Origin: Octopus vulgaris
Taxonomy: Eukaryota
Length of the DNA: 64,000 bases
Assembly: GCA_951406725.2 (NCBI GenBank)
Contig: OX597814.1
Location: 113,894,001 to 113,958,000, forward strand
Direction: 5' to 3'
Shown: piece by piece, positions 28,151 through 43,409 of the stretch
Numbering within the stretch: the first letter of the stretch is position 1
Layout of the letters: each line of letters begins with the position of its first letter
The notes under the pieces: generated by a model
The model's database searches: none
The model's input: only the letters and a program-made list of their open reading frames with translations
What the model was told of the DNA's origin: nothing
Program-made: the position numbers and the translations under genes

Positions 28151-28340
28151 TTTGAATATATATATCTTTCTGTGTCCACATCATTGAATTCTTCTTCTTC
28201 TTCTTCTTCTTCTTCTTCTTCTTCTTCTTCTTCTTCTTCTTCTTCTTCTTCTTCTTCTTCTTCTTCTTCTTCTTCTTCTTCTTCTTCTTCTTCTTCTTTG
28301 TGTGTATGTATATTTATGTATATACATATGTATGTATATA

Positions 28341-28437
<97 letters not shown>

Positions 28438-28676
28438 ATATACCTATATATATATGTGTCTGTGTGTGTTTATGCATTCCATGCATGTACAAGAGAAAGA
28501 GTGATAGTGTCTTCGAAGTTTCGCCCTGGGCAGGTATGTATATATAGTGAAATTAATTATTCATCCCATTTAGATATATTAGTGATCCTTCAGTCCCACG
28601 TTTGACTGTCTTTTATATAGGAGTGTGTACACACACACACACACACACTTATTAGAAGACAGGCAGATAGACAGAC

Positions 28677-28707
<31 letters not shown>

Positions 28708-28750
28708 TAGACACAGACAGATAGATGGATGGATAGATAGATAGATATGC

Positions 28751-28820
<70 letters not shown>

Positions 28821-28859
28821 GTATTAATTTGTTTGTGTGTGTGTGTGTGTCCTCACACA

Positions 28860-29810
28860 ATCGTTTTTCTCTGTCACGTCCAGCATATTTTTCGTAATTC
28901 GACAGTTCCTCTTCTACTTCCTTTTTCTCTTTCCCGCTTCTTTTGTTTTCCCCCGCCCCCTTGCTACTTCCCCTCCTCCACCTGAAGCACATTTCCTTTT
29001 CTTTTTCTTCTTCTCCTTTACCTTTTCTTTATTTCCCGCTTTTACTATCACTACCACCACCACCACCATCATCAACACTATTTATTTCTCTCTCTCTCCT
29101 TTGTGTGCTCTCCTTACCCCACCATCCCGCACCCTCACTCTATCTCTCTCCCTATCTATTCCTACAGTTATCCTCTTTCAGCTCCGTCTTTCTCTCTCAT
29201 TCTCTCTACTCTCTCTTCCTCTCCACGCTAAAGTCTTCCTTTCTTCCTTTCGGTTTAGTTATTCTTACTTTTTCTTTCTCTTTCTACGCTCCACTTTTCT
29301 CTCCATCCTGTCACTACTACTCTCCCACTCATTCTCAACTGCTCTCTCTCCCTCTCTCCCTCTCTCTCTCTTTCTCTCTCGGTGTCTCTTGCGCTCTCTC
29401 TCTCCCCATCTTAACACTCTCTCATCTCTCCTACTGTCTCTTTCTCTCTGTTTCCTTAACACCACTCTCTCTCTCCATTCAACACTACTACAACTGTCTC
29501 TCCATCCTTCTTTCTCCCAACCACAATACTATATTTCTCTCTCTTTCTCTCTTTCCTTTCCTTCCACCACCACCACTACCACCACCACCACAACCACCAC
29601 CACCACTACACTAGTTTATATGTATATATCTTCCTCTGACTCTTCACCCTCTCTCTCTTCGCTCTCTGTCTCTCCACAACAACACTACTGTGACTATCTT
29701 TCTCTCTGCTCCTCTTCCATCACCACAGTACTGCGTCTCTCTCTCTCTCTCTCCCTCTCTCTCTCAAACTCATATCCTCGCTCGCGCGCTACTGTGACTT
29801 TCTTTCTCTC
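28860..29810 (+). promoter_or_regulatory. TE-free CT-rich (polypyrimidine/GAGA-like) tract upstream of a putative host exon; possible promoter/5' region
   Basis: ~1 kb of degenerate (CT)n immediately before a TE-free CAA/CAC-rich block. Regulatory role is inferred only. Confidence 0.3.
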
Positions 29811-31110
29811 TGGATGTTATGTTTTTCGTCACTTCGCTCTTCCGCCAATGTTTTTATTTTCACTCGACGAAGAAGAAGAAGAAAGACGGAGAGGTTAACT
29901 ACTCGGTGTTCTTGTTTGCAGAACAAGATGCCAACAACAGAAGCAACAACAACAGAAGCAACAACAACAACAACAGCAACCATCAACAGCGTAACATTGT
30001 AACATTAGCATCATTATAGTTAGCACCAACAGCAACAACGGCGGATCTACAACTCTGACACATTGTAACGTTGCTATCGTTATAGTCACCACCACCACCA
30101 CCACCAGCACCAGCACCCACCAGCACCATCATCAGCATCATCATCGTCATGAATAACAAGAATAATTTTAGCAACAACTACAACATTAACAACAACGATA
30201 TTAACCACACTAACAACACATTGTAACGATAGTTTTATTATAGTCAGGACTGTCAGCAACAGCAACATCAACTATATTAATAGCAACGAAATTGAGTGAC
30301 AAAAGAAGCAACAGGTGCGTTGCGAACAACGCGACGTTGCGTAAGGTTACAGCATCATTATGGCTACGACTGACAGCAACAACAACACCACCACCAACAA
30401 CAACAACAGCAGCAGCAGGACAAACAACAATAACACCAACAATGACAATAATAATAATAGTAATAATAACAACATCAACAACGTTGCGAACAATAGAGCG
30501 CAGCAACTTTATCACCATTGTGGCCAGTCCCGATAGCAACATTACTGCCACCACCACGACGACCACCACCACCACCAAGAACAACACCAACAACGATAAC
30601 AACTACAGAATCACTATCGCCATTATCACCAGTAACAACAACATCAAAACCAGTACCAGCACCAGCACCACCATCAACAACAACAACAACAACAAAAACA
30701 ATACCGCCGCCGCCGTCTCTACCACCACCACCACCACCACCACCACTAACAACAACAACAACAGCAATTGTACTATGGACTGAGGTATCAACAGGAGCTT
30801 CAGTAAAATCTATCACAAGAACATAAACCAGAATAACAACTGCTCCGACATGGTCGCAGCTCCCGAGATGAGACTTGTAAAGGAACAACAACAACTTTAA
30901 CAACAATAATAACTGGAATAACATAAACAACAAGCACAACAACAATAGCAGCAGCAACAACAACAACAGTAGCGGTAAAACTGTTATCACCTTTAACGAC
31001 AGTTATAGAGTTTCTTGCTCTGGAGACTGGAGTTTACTTTTCGGGATAATATAAACAATTACAGTGACCACCCATCCTGACCACCAGGATAATATTTTAT
31101 CGGGTTCGGC

Positions 31111-31307
31111 ATGATGAAAGGCCAAGTCGACCCTAGCTCCAACGACAGCAACAACGACAGCAAGGATAAGAAAAAATCTATTTATAGTAGCAGGAATACC
31201 ACTATTTCTGGACCGGACGACACTGACCATCACAACAACAACAACACCACCACCAGTGCTAGCAGTAACAACAAAAACAACACCAGCACCAATACCAATA
31301 ATAATAG

Positions 31308-31363
<56 letters not shown>

Positions 31364-31626
31364 TTAATAATAATAAAAGCAACGACGGTAACAACTCTCA
31401 TTTCTACAACACCACAGTCCCTAAAATCATCACGATCATCAGTAACAAAAACAACAACAACAACAACAACAATAATAACAATAATAATAGTAGTACTAGT
31501 AGTAGTAAGAGCATTAGTAAAGAAAATAATCAGAGAAACAGCAACAACAAAAACAACAGCAGCAGTAATATAAAGAACAAAAACAACAAGCCTAAAAACA
31601 AAAGTAGTAAAAAAGATAGCAGTAGT

Positions 31627-31659
<33 letters not shown>

Positions 31660-31837
31660 AATAATAATAATAATAATAATAATAATCAGAGCAACAACAA
31701 CAACAACGGCAGTTACAGCAAAACAAACTGTGACAGTTTTCGAGACAACGTGTTGACTACAAGGCAACTCGTTGATGTTAGAATGAGTACCCCAGAGAGT
31801 ATAAGTACCACAAAAAGAGTATTATCTACCTCCACAG
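31111..31837 (+). CDS. Putative first coding exon of a host gene; poly-Asn/Ser low-complexity N-terminus, product unknown
   Basis: In-frame TAA at 31090, then ATGATG at 31111. Open for 242 codons through mixed AAC/AAT/AGT repeats with unique segments (SYSKTNCDSFRDNVLTTRQLVDVRMSTPESISTTKRVLSTST). Ends at a perfect donor CAG|GTAAGT (phase 1), followed by a T-rich intron-like shift. Confidence 0.6.
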
Positions 31838-32631
31838 GTAAGTTGATGGCATTTTGTTGTTGTTATTGTTTCTTTCCGTTTTCCTCGTGTGTTATCTGTC
31901 GTTGTGGATGTTCATGTGTTTTTTTTTTTTATATTTTCATAGTTTAAAAATTCTTTTTAATTTGAAATCTATTTTTATTTAATTTTCTTGATGTTGTTGT
32001 TTGGTTTGTTATTGAGGTTGTTGTTGATGATGGTGATGTTATTGTTACTGCAGCTGTTGTTGTTGTTCTTTAGCCCCAGGTCAACCTGGGTCGAAGAAAC
32101 CTGTGATCAAAGAGTTTCCATGCGTGACATTTCAATCCGTTTTTTTTTCCAGATATAGCGTATGTATGTATATATGTATGTATATATGTATGTATATATA
32201 TTTACATATGTATACATATATATACATATATATAAATGTATACATATGTATGAATAGATGTCACACCTAACACGCTATACATATGTATATATGCATATAT
32301 ATATATATGTATATATATGTATATATGTATATATGTATATATATGTATATATATGTATATATGTATATATATGTATATATGTATATGTGTATATATATAT
32401 ATGTGTATATGTATATATATGTGTATATGTATATATATGTATATGTATATATGTGTATATGTGTATGTGTATATGTGTATATGTGTATGTGTATATGTAT
32501 ATATGTATATATGTATATATATATATATATGTATGTATATATATATGTGTGTGTATATATATGTGTATATATATGTATGTATATATGTATATGTATGTAT
32601 ATATATATATGTATGAATATATATATGTGTA

Positions 32632-32669
<38 letters not shown>

Positions 32670-33229
32670 ACTGTATGCATGTATTTGTACCTACATTATC
32701 CATGCAACCTTCCCTTCATAAGATTTTACGAACTGATCCGAGGGATTAAGCTACTACATCTAGCAGGACGAATCATAGCAAAGACTTCCCCACCACCTCC
32801 ATTCCCCATCAACTTTATCTCATTGAATTGTTGATGGTGAAGTTGCCGTTGTTAGTATTGTTGTTGCTGTCGTTTTTTCGTGTTGATGGTAGCGTTGTTA
32901 TTTTCCACGATTCGGTGCTCGTTCGACCGAGTTATGACGAAATCCTCTCAACCACCTCTCGTCTTACGTAAAACGGTTGCCTGTGATCTGAGGGAAATTT
33001 AGGTACTTTCTCTTGCAGCTCTAACGACCACCTAGAAAGAAACTCTACCACTGGCTCGTAAACGCATTTATTTAAGAAGGCTTCAGGGAACTACAAATAT
33101 TAGGACACTGGATTAAGTCTTTTAACAGTCTCTATAGCCAAAGGTATTTATCGCGAGTTAACATCACGCCGGGCAATCTCTTTTATTTCTGACCGATAAT
33201 ATATATTCTTTTACTATAATCTATATTCT

Positions 33230-33630
33230 TTTACTTGTTTCATCATATTGACCGCGGCTATGCTGGAGCACCGTCTTTAGTCGAACAAATCGGCGACCCC
33301 AGGACTTATTCTTTGTTAAGCCTAGTACTTATTTTACCGTTCTCTTTCGCCGAACCGCTAAGTTACCGGGACGTAAACACACCAGTCAAGCAATGGGGAG
33401 GGGGGACAAACACTCACACACATACATGAAAGAAGCCCGTCACATATATAAATATATATATATATATATAGGACAGGTTTCTTTCAGTTTCCGTCTATCA
33501 AATGCACACACAAGACTTTGGCCGGCCCGAGGCTATAGAAGAAGGCACTTGCCTAAGGTGCCACGCGGTGGGACTGAACACGGAACAAAGTGGTTAGGAA
33601 GCAAGCTGCTTACCACACAGCCACGCTTAT
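33230..33630 (-). mobile_element. SINE family A. Other copies: 35005-35355-, 36340-36760+, 37480-37885-, 39130-39510+, 40815-40975+, 60138-60228- (tail)
   Basis: Similarity to the consensus unit. Confidence 0.8.
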
Positions 33631-34023
33631 GCCTCCATAAGCTATATATATATAAAATATGTATAGGTCATATAGTAAACTCGATTGAAGTGGCTTAGAA
33701 ATCCCGTCGGTACTAACGTAACAGGTTGTTATTCTCTTGACTTTTGGCGCGCATCGTACAACAAATGGTAAGCTTCCGGCAAAAAGATAAATAAATAAAT
33801 AAATAAATAAAAACAAAAGAGAACAATAATAGTAACTCGGTTTGGGTTGAGAATAGGTCTTCGTAATTGCCGTTTAGAAAAGCATGAATTATATATTAAA
33901 AAACAAAAATAATGAATAAACCGTTGTTTATTTCTACACCCCGCCGTCCACCCTGCAACCAATAAAACTGTTATTTCGTTCCTAAGGTACGAAATAGATT
34001 ATTTGGTCTTTGTGCGTGTGTAC

Positions 34024-34063
<40 letters not shown>

Positions 34064-34177
34064 TTATAAATAAACAGATATACACTAATTCAAACATCAA
34101 GCGTATACACAATTACAATAATAAAGAACTTAATACAAGCATCCATACATACGTACATACATACATACATCCATACA

Positions 34178-34288
<111 letters not shown>

Positions 34289-34345
34289 CGTTTTTGGATT
34301 TGGTTTGCAAGGTTCTTTATGTGAATTCGTGTGTTGAAGCATATT

Positions 34346-34509
34346 CTGTTGTGTCTAGGGGGAGTCATTTTCTTTTTGTGCCTTATCATTTAGCACACTC
34401 ACCGGTAAAATTTTAGGAAAATAAAAATAAGAAATAAGTGGAAATTTTACCGGTGAGTGTGTTAAATTATAAGGCACAAAAAGAAAATGACTCTCCCCGG
34501 ACACAACAG
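34346..34509. repeat. Inverted repeat, ~68-bp arms with 28-bp spacer, within (TA)n
   Basis: ctgttgtgtctaggggagtcattttctttttgtgcctta...caccggtaaaattt versus aaattttaccggtg...taaggcacaaaaagaaaatgactctccccggacacaacag. Confidence 0.85.
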
Positions 34510-34543
34510 TATATATATATACATATATGTATGTATATATATA

Positions 34544-34594
<51 letters not shown>

Positions 34595-34831
34595 AATATA
34601 TATACATATATATATATATATATACAAATATATATACATATATATATATACATATATATATATACATATATATATACATATACATATATATATATACATA
34701 TATATATACATATATATATACATATATACATATATATACATATATATATACATATATATATATATACATACATATATATACATATATATATACATATATA
34801 TACATATATATATATATACATATATATATAC

Positions 34832-34910
<79 letters not shown>

Positions 34911-34911
34911 C

Positions 34912-34976
<65 letters not shown>

Positions 34977-35721
34977 TATATATATATACACATATATATA
35001 TTTTTTATTTCAGTCATTTGACTGCGGCCATGCTGCCGCTCCGCCTTTAGTCGAACAAATCGACACTACAACTTATTCTTTGTAAGCCTAGTACTTATTC
35101 TATCGGTCTCTTTTCCCGGACTGCTAAGTTAAGGAGACAGAAACACACCAACATCGCTTGTCAAGCGATGGCGGTGGGACGGGGGGGGGGGTTGCAAACA
35201 CAGACACAAGTATATATATATATGTATGTATGTATGTTTTTATACGACGGGATTTTCCATCTGCCAAATCCACTCACAAGGCTTTGGTTGGCCCGAGGCT
35301 ATACGAGAAGACACTTATCCAACGTGCCATGCAGTGGGACTGATCTCGGAACCATATATATATATTGGCGCGAAATGTTTATGATTTTGGCCGATAACTG
35401 GTGAGGGATGAGCATGTCCACGACTTGTATGTAATTTTTTCCGTCGGTTCTTTGCCGTCCTTCTCTGCTACTTTTTCTCCTATATATATACATGCATACA
35501 TATGTTCTCACTTATTCGCATACACAGGTTATATGTTTTCGAGTGTCTGTCCGTCCTGTCCGATCTCGTAACTTTCTGTTTCAATGTTTAGATGTTTCAT
35601 TTCTCTCTCGCTCTACATACATACATACATGATATATATATATATATATATATATGTAGTCAATACTAATGAACAAACAACTCAAATAAACGAATAGAAA
35701 AATGAATAAAAACGGACATTA

Positions 35722-35763
<42 letters not shown>

Positions 35764-35928
35764 TATATGTTGCGTGGAGAGGGGAGGCCGGTATGCATGG
35801 GGGACTGCTGGTCTTTCATAAACAACCTCACCCGGACTTCTGCCTGGGAGGGTAAATTTCTAGGTGCAATCCCATGGTCAGTTATTTCCGAAGTGGGTCT
35901 CAGCAATATATGTGTGTGTGTGTGTATG

Positions 35929-35992
<64 letters not shown>

Positions 35993-37063
35993 GCATCTTT
36001 CTTCTCTTTTGCGGTGTTGCGTTTTAAGGAAATCTCATTCATCTGAAAAGACCCGCTGGGTCTCTGGAGAATTTCTTTCACAATATTATTTCTCGTCTGT
36101 TGGTTCTAATTTTATAACCCTCGAGATAATAATAATAATTATTATTTTTCATTGTAATAGTGACAATAAAATAAATAGTAATTCTTTAGACTCAGGACAG
36201 CTCTGACCACGTCGATTTATCAGTGCAAATACTTTCAATTATCGCTATCCAGTTTTGTTACTTATTTGACATAGTATATCTTGGACTACGCTATCTCTGT
36301 CTGTCCTGTATTTGTTAAAACATCACATTAACCTTCTTAACAGATTGATCATGCGTTCTGTTTCACTGCATAGCATCCTGGACAAGTGCAACAAGTTCAT
36401 TCTGCTACAGCCTCTGGATGATCAAAGCATTGTGCTTGGATTCGGTAGACGGAAACTGAAAGAAGCCCCATCGTATATATATGTCTGTATAAATGTGTGT
36501 ATACATACATACATACATACATACATACATACATACATACATACATACATACATGTGTGTGTGTGTGTCGTTCACCGCCTGACAACCAGTGCTGGTTTGT
36601 TTACGTTCCTGTAAAATAGCGATTCGGCAAATTAACCCGACGAAATAAGTACCAAATTTTAAAAAGAAAAAAAATACTGAGGTTGGCTCGTCCGACTAAA
36701 GTCCTTCAAGGCGGAGCCCCAGCGCGGCCGCAGTTCAGTGAGTGAAACAAGCGAAAGATAAAAAACGATACTGCCTTGTATAGTGGCTTGTAGGAGGTTT
36801 GGTAGCCATGTCTAGTAGGCCCAACAGCCACATGCCTCTCGTTATTAAATATCGAACTAAGGCGGCGGGCTGGCAGAATCGTAGGCACACTGGACGAAAT
36901 GCTTAGCGGTATTTCGCCCGTCGCTGCGTTCTAAGCTCAAATTCCGCCGAGGTCGACTTTGCCTTTCATCCTTTCGGGGTTGATAAATTAAGTACCAGTG
37001 GAATACTCTAATCGATCAGTCCCCTCCTCTCAAATTTCAGGCCTTGTGCCTATAGTAGAAAGG

Positions 37064-37124
<61 letters not shown>

Positions 37125-38729
37125 TAAGGCGACGTGCTGGCAGAATTGTTATCACGCGGGACGAAATGCTTAGCGGTATTTCGCCCGTCACTAAGTTCCG
37201 AGTTCAAGTTCCGCCGAAGTCAACTTTGTCGTTCATCCCTTTGGGGTCGATAAATTAAGTATCAGTGGAATACTGGGATCGATGTAATGGATTAGTCCCC
37301 CTCCCCTAAAATTTCAGGCCTTGTGCCTAGAGTAGAAAGGGTTAATATATATTGAACACGAGTCACTAAGCCACCGAGTTCCTCTTTGGCTATCTTTGGC
37401 CGTATGCTTAAGCAAGTTCAATTCAACCATGTTTCAATTCCATTTTTTGTTTTTCACGGTACATTAAGATTGATTTGCTTTTACTCTTTTAGCTTCTGCC
37501 AGGGTCTGTAGCCATTTGTAGTGGTAGTGTTGTGGGGCACTGTCAAGAAGGGTTTACTCGGATAAATCAACCCTAGTGCTTATTTTTTTAAAGCATACTA
37601 CTTACTGTATCGTAGTCTTTTGTCAAACTGGCCAAGATATAAACAAACCAACACCGGTTGTCAAACGGTGGTGGGGCGGGGACAAACACATGCGCAAAGA
37701 TATAAATACACACACACATATACATCATGGGATTCCATACAGTTTCCACTTACAGTTTCCAAATTTATTCACAAGGAATTGGTCGACCTAGGGCTATAAG
37801 GAGTAAACACTTACTCAAGGTGCCATGCAATGAGATTGAACCCGAATCTACGTGAGTGTAAGGTGAGCTTCTTAACCACACACCTGTTGTAATTTGTTAT
37901 TCTTGCTAATGTTGCTATTTCGCTGCAGATTAAGCATGATGCGGCGGACCTTCCAGTCGTGGCTATCAAGCCTTTTGTATATATCTGGAACTTCGTGCCA
38001 TTTCCGTTTTTAAGATTGTAGAGTGTAATAAGAGGGAATTTGGTGGCTGCTTTTAGTAGGGTGAATGACTACGTCTAGGTTCCTTTGCTGAACGCATATG
38101 ATATTAAACATTTGGCTGTCGAAGGTTCGATCACAAGTAAAGATACCTGACTTTTGTTGAATTTTGTTGTTGTTCTAGTTGTTGTTTAATCGAAGGTCAA
38201 TAACAACAAAGCAGGTCGATGATCGATTCGTTCCACTCGGGATCTTTCAATCTTTTTCAGAGTTATCAAAGAATACATTTATTCAACAAAATAGGTGATA
38301 ATCTGAAAAGGATTTTAGCTACTATTTCTATCAGGTTAACCATATAGAAGCTCTCGGCCCTCACTGACTTCTCTGTTTGTCTGTAGCGAATGACCTTGAC
38401 CTCTACAAAGCTACCTGACCTTGAGGCATACTGTATGAAAACAGAAAAATAATGCACCTACATACGAATGATGGTCAACGTTACCTCTTCTTATAATTCA
38501 TTGTTATTATTAATATTTAAGGCAGTAAGCCGGCAGAATCTTTACTGGCGAGGTAAAATGCTTAGCGTTGTTTCTTCTGGCTTGACGTTCTGAGTTCAAA
38601 TTCAGCAGAGGTCGACTCTGCTTTTTATCCTTCTGGGGTCGGTAAAACAAATACTAGTTGAGTGCCGGGGTCGGTGTAATCGACTTGCCCCACCCTCGAA
38701 ATTGCTGGCCTTGTGCCAAAATTTTAAAC

Positions 38730-38813
<84 letters not shown>

Positions 38814-38966
38814 GGCAGAGAGCTGGCAGAATCGTTAGCACGCCGGGCGAAATACTAAATAGCACGTTCTGAGTTCAAATTCATACTTTCGGGGTCGGTA
38901 AATTAAGTCGATGTAATCGACTCATCTCCTCCCCAAATTTCAGGCCTCGTGTCTATAATAGGAAGA

Positions 38967-39034
<68 letters not shown>

Positions 39035-39550
39035 TTATGTATATAAATACGCACACACAAATACACAAACTCAGACACACACATACAATATATCTATTGT
39101 ATGCATACATAATGTATTTATATATTTATAGGCGCAGGAGTGGCTGTGTGTTAAGTAGCTTGCTTACCAACCACATTGTTCCGGGTTCAGTCCCACTGCG
39201 TGGCACCTTGGGCAAGTGTCTTCTACTTGTGAGTGGATTTGGTAGACGGAAACTGAAAAGAAGCCCGTCGTATATATGTATATATATATATATATATATA
39301 TGCGTGTGTGTGTTTGTCCCCCTAGCATTGCTTGACAACCGATGCTGGTGTGTTTATGTCTCCGTTACTTAGCGGTTCGGCAAAAGAGACCGATAGAATA
39401 AGTACTGGGCTTACAAAAAGAATAAGTCCCGGGGTCGAGTTGCTCGATTAAAGGCGGTGCTTCAGCATGACCGCAGTCAAATGACTGAAACAAGAAAAAG
39501 AGTAAAAGAAAGATATGCATATATACATATGTATATATGTCTAAGATATA

Positions 39551-39595
<45 letters not shown>

Positions 39596-39846
39596 TCATA
39601 GAAACCTACATACATACGCACATATATGCCCATGTATTATAGATATAGCGACCAGCTATACCGCCAATGTACCTATATTTATATATGAATGTATCTATCT
39701 CTTCTCTATATATAAAGTGTTTTTCGTTTTTCGTTTTTGTGTTTGGAATGGATTAGACACCGAAACAATTTGCAGAATTTATATTGGTTGTGTACCAACT
39801 TGGATTATGAATTAAAGTTGGTCCTTTCCTTATACTATATATATAT

Positions 39847-39914
<68 letters not shown>

Positions 39915-40036
39915 AGAGAAAGGGAAAAGTGAGAGTTAGATACACACGAACACACACATATATACATATATACGCCGACATATATAGACATGTACACCTA
40001 TATGTGTATATCAATCTTTTTATCTAACAATCTATG

Positions 40037-40078
<42 letters not shown>

Positions 40079-40162
40079 ATATGTATGTATATATATATAT
40101 ATATATACATAAATGTATATATATATATATATATATATACATACATATATATATATATACAC

Positions 40163-40242
<80 letters not shown>

Positions 40243-40765
40243 ACGTATATGTATGTATGTATGTAAGCATGTGTATATCTATCTTTATTTCTATCTCTGT
40301 CTATATATATATGCATGTATATAGGGAGAGTTGTCTGTTTGTACTTTATAAACCCCTGTCCACTTAATATAATTCTGAGTTAGAATCAACAAGACACAAT
40401 GAGTGATGAAGCTGCGCCTTGCTCCCGACGGTCTTCTATATAGTTTCTGCTCAGCCAATTCTTAGCCTCGTTGCATGGGTCGACCCGAGACCCATGATAT
40501 TTTCCCTGGATGCTACTCAATAGGATCAAACCCGATGCCTTCTGGTTTCGAGGCGCCCTTCTAAGCACAGATGTGATTAATTCATATTCTCATAGAATCA
40601 AAACAAGATTAATTCTGTAAAACTCACTTAATAATGAATAATACACATTATCTGAGGTATTGAGTACTTTATTTTGTATTTGTAAGCTATATTTTTAAAA
40701 CCAATCACATAAGTACAAACGTACACGCAAATACACACAAACACACACGCGCGCACACACGCACA

Positions 40766-40813
<48 letters not shown>

Positions 40814-41001
40814 GGTACAGGTGTGGCTGTGTGGTAAAGAAGTTGCTTCCCAACCACATGGTTCCGGGTTCAGTCCCACTGCGTTGCACCTTGGGTACGT
40901 GTCTTCTACTATATTCTCAGGCCGACCAAAGCTTTGTGAGTGAATTTGGTAGACGGAAACTGAAAGAAGCCCGGCTCTCTCTCCCTCTGTATATATATAC
41001 A

Positions 41002-41074
<73 letters not shown>

Positions 41075-41584
41075 GTGTGTGTGTGTGTGTGTGTGTTTGT
41101 GTGTATATGTATACATACATACACACATACACCCATACGCACACACACACACACACAAAAGCACATACTCTTTAATCCACCAAATACCAATCGAATCGTA
41201 TTGCTTTGCCTGAGACTTTAATAAATGACACTTGGCGTCGTGGAATCGAAATCTCTGCACCACAGTTGTGCGACCGGTTTCTCATTTACGCAGCCATGCA
41301 CACATCTTAAATGTTGAGCATTGCCTCTTAATCAAAAGCTGTAAGAAATACTGTTCTTGTTATTGTTGTTATACTGATGGTTGTTTTATTAGGCGTGGGG
41401 TGGGGGAGAATTTGTTTTTTAATAAATGTTGGCCTGCTGGGTTATTCCGGTGGATTTTTGAAAATTCGTGTCTGAGATTTTAATTCCATTCTCAGTTGCA
41501 AAGTTTCCTGTCATTGTTCAAGATCCTCATCTTCACACCATTTCGTGTCTCTTGGTAGATGCGAATATCATCTTTTCACAAAGC

Positions 41585-41629
<45 letters not shown>

Positions 41630-41630
<1 letters not shown>

Positions 41631-42327
41631 GAACAAACTACATAAAATACAGAATAGACAACACATCAGAAAGCGGTAAGTGCAGAATCTGTGGACAAAA
41701 CGGCGAAACCGTATGGCATATTACCAGCCAATGTACGCCACTAGCCCAGAAGAAATATAAGAGATGCCACGACAATATAGCCAGGATTGTCCATTGGACA
41801 CTTTGCAACAAGTATGAACTTGACAGAGCAAAAAGTTGGTACGACCACAAACTCGAAGGCATCATCGAAAATAAAAATGCAAAGATCCTATGGGATTTTA
41901 TGATTCAGTGCGACCACGAGATAGAGAATAGGAAGCCAGACATAGTCTTAATGGAGAAAGACAACAAACTATGCAGGATCATAGATATAGCATGCCCAGA
42001 TGACAACAAGGTATGCGATAAGGAAGAAAGAAAAGTCGAGAGATATGACAGGTTAACTTGGGAAGTTAAGCAGTTGTGGTCGACGAAATAGGTAGCAGTA
42101 GTACCAATAATTGTCGGAGCTCTGGGTACTGTGAGCAAAAATCTCGAGATGTACGTGGAAAAAATAGAGGCTGCAATAAGAGTGGAGCACTTGCAAAAAA
42201 CAGCACTGCTTGCAACCGCTCGAATACTCCGGAACGTGCTCGAAAAATAAGAGGTGTTACCTTAAATCACTGGTGGTGAACAGCTGACACTGTAGTACAT
42301 CTCCAGCGTTAGAAGCTGTGCAAAGGC
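41630..42327 (+). mobile_element. R4/Dong-like RLE retrotransposon 3' fragment in (TAA)n
   Basis: KCRICGQNGETVWHITSQC (CCHC), KRCHDNIA, ILWDF, RKPDIV, IIDIACP, VPIIVGALG; (AAT)n on both flanks. Confidence 0.9.
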
Positions 42328-42379
<52 letters not shown>

Positions 42380-42580
42380 GCTTCAAATTTTGCCATAAGG
42401 ACAGCAATTTTGGGAGATGGGATGAGTCGATTACATCTTCAACTGGTACTTACTTTATCGACCACAAAAGAATGAAAGGTAAAGTCGACCTCGGCGGAAT
42501 CTGAACTCAGAACGTAAAGACGGACGAAATACCGCTAAGCATTTTGCCCGGCATACTAACGATTCTGCCGGCTCGCCGCC

Positions 42581-42642
<62 letters not shown>

Positions 42643-42644
<2 letters not shown>

Positions 42645-42989
42645 AGATGGAGAAATACAGACTACTAAAAGACGAAATTGCAAGAATGTAGGCCATGAGG
42701 AGAGTAGCTGTTATCCCAGTAGATGTAGGAGCACTCGGAGCACTAACGATCAAGTTGGAGAAACCTGTCGGAGAAACCGGAATTGATATGAGGGCCGAGC
42801 AGACTCCAAAAACTACTCTATTGGGGACAGCTAAGATTTTGAGATTGATGCTTGGGTTTTGAGTGTTTTCCACAGTAAGTTAACATCCAAGTACCAAAAC
42901 TTGATTTGCTGAAAGGGTCTCTGACAACAGGTTGGTGTCCGCTGTTACAGAATCAATCAGAGCAATGTAAGAACGAGAGCTCTGTGAAG

Positions 42990-42990
<1 letters not shown>
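42643..42990 (+). mobile_element. R4/Dong-like 3' fragment in (TAA)n
   Basis: KMEKYRLLKDEIARM*..VIPVDVGALG..KTTLLGTAKILR; (AAT)n flanks. Confidence 0.8.
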
Positions 42991-43051
<61 letters not shown>

Positions 43052-43063
43052 TAATAATAATAA

Positions 43064-43094
<31 letters not shown>

Positions 43095-43159
43095 AATAAT
43101 GATAATAATAATAATAATGATAATAATAATTATAATAATAATTATAATAATAATAATAC

Positions 43160-43400
43160 TAAGAAGAAGAATAGTCATCGGAGCACTAGGTTCAATACCA
43201 TCCAGCCTGAAGAAACATTTGGAAACTTTAGAAATACCCTACAATCTATTACAGAAATCGACATATCTCGGAACTGCATGCATATTGTGTAAAGTATTGT
43301 CTACTTGAGGTCCTTGTTGTGACTTGACAGACAATACAAACCCCCGGTAGACAATATCTTCAGTCAATATCACGATATTGAATACTGTACAACATCTTAA
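43160..43400 (+). mobile_element. R4/Dong-like 3' fragment in (TAA)n
   Basis: IVIGALGSIPSSLKKHLETLEIP..LQKSTYLGTACIL*; 3' UTR shared with 54670-54758. Confidence 0.8.
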
Positions 43401-43409
43401 ATAATAATA

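Noticed and set aside
28837-29898. 353-aa Leu/Ser/Phe-rich ORF (similar ones at 56665-57273 and 62674-63204)
   Set aside because: Stop-free CT-rich low-complexity DNA.
30292-30783. Thr/Asn-rich ORF upstream of the putative exon
   Set aside because: Starts at TTG, low complexity and terminates without a donor; more likely 5' UTR.
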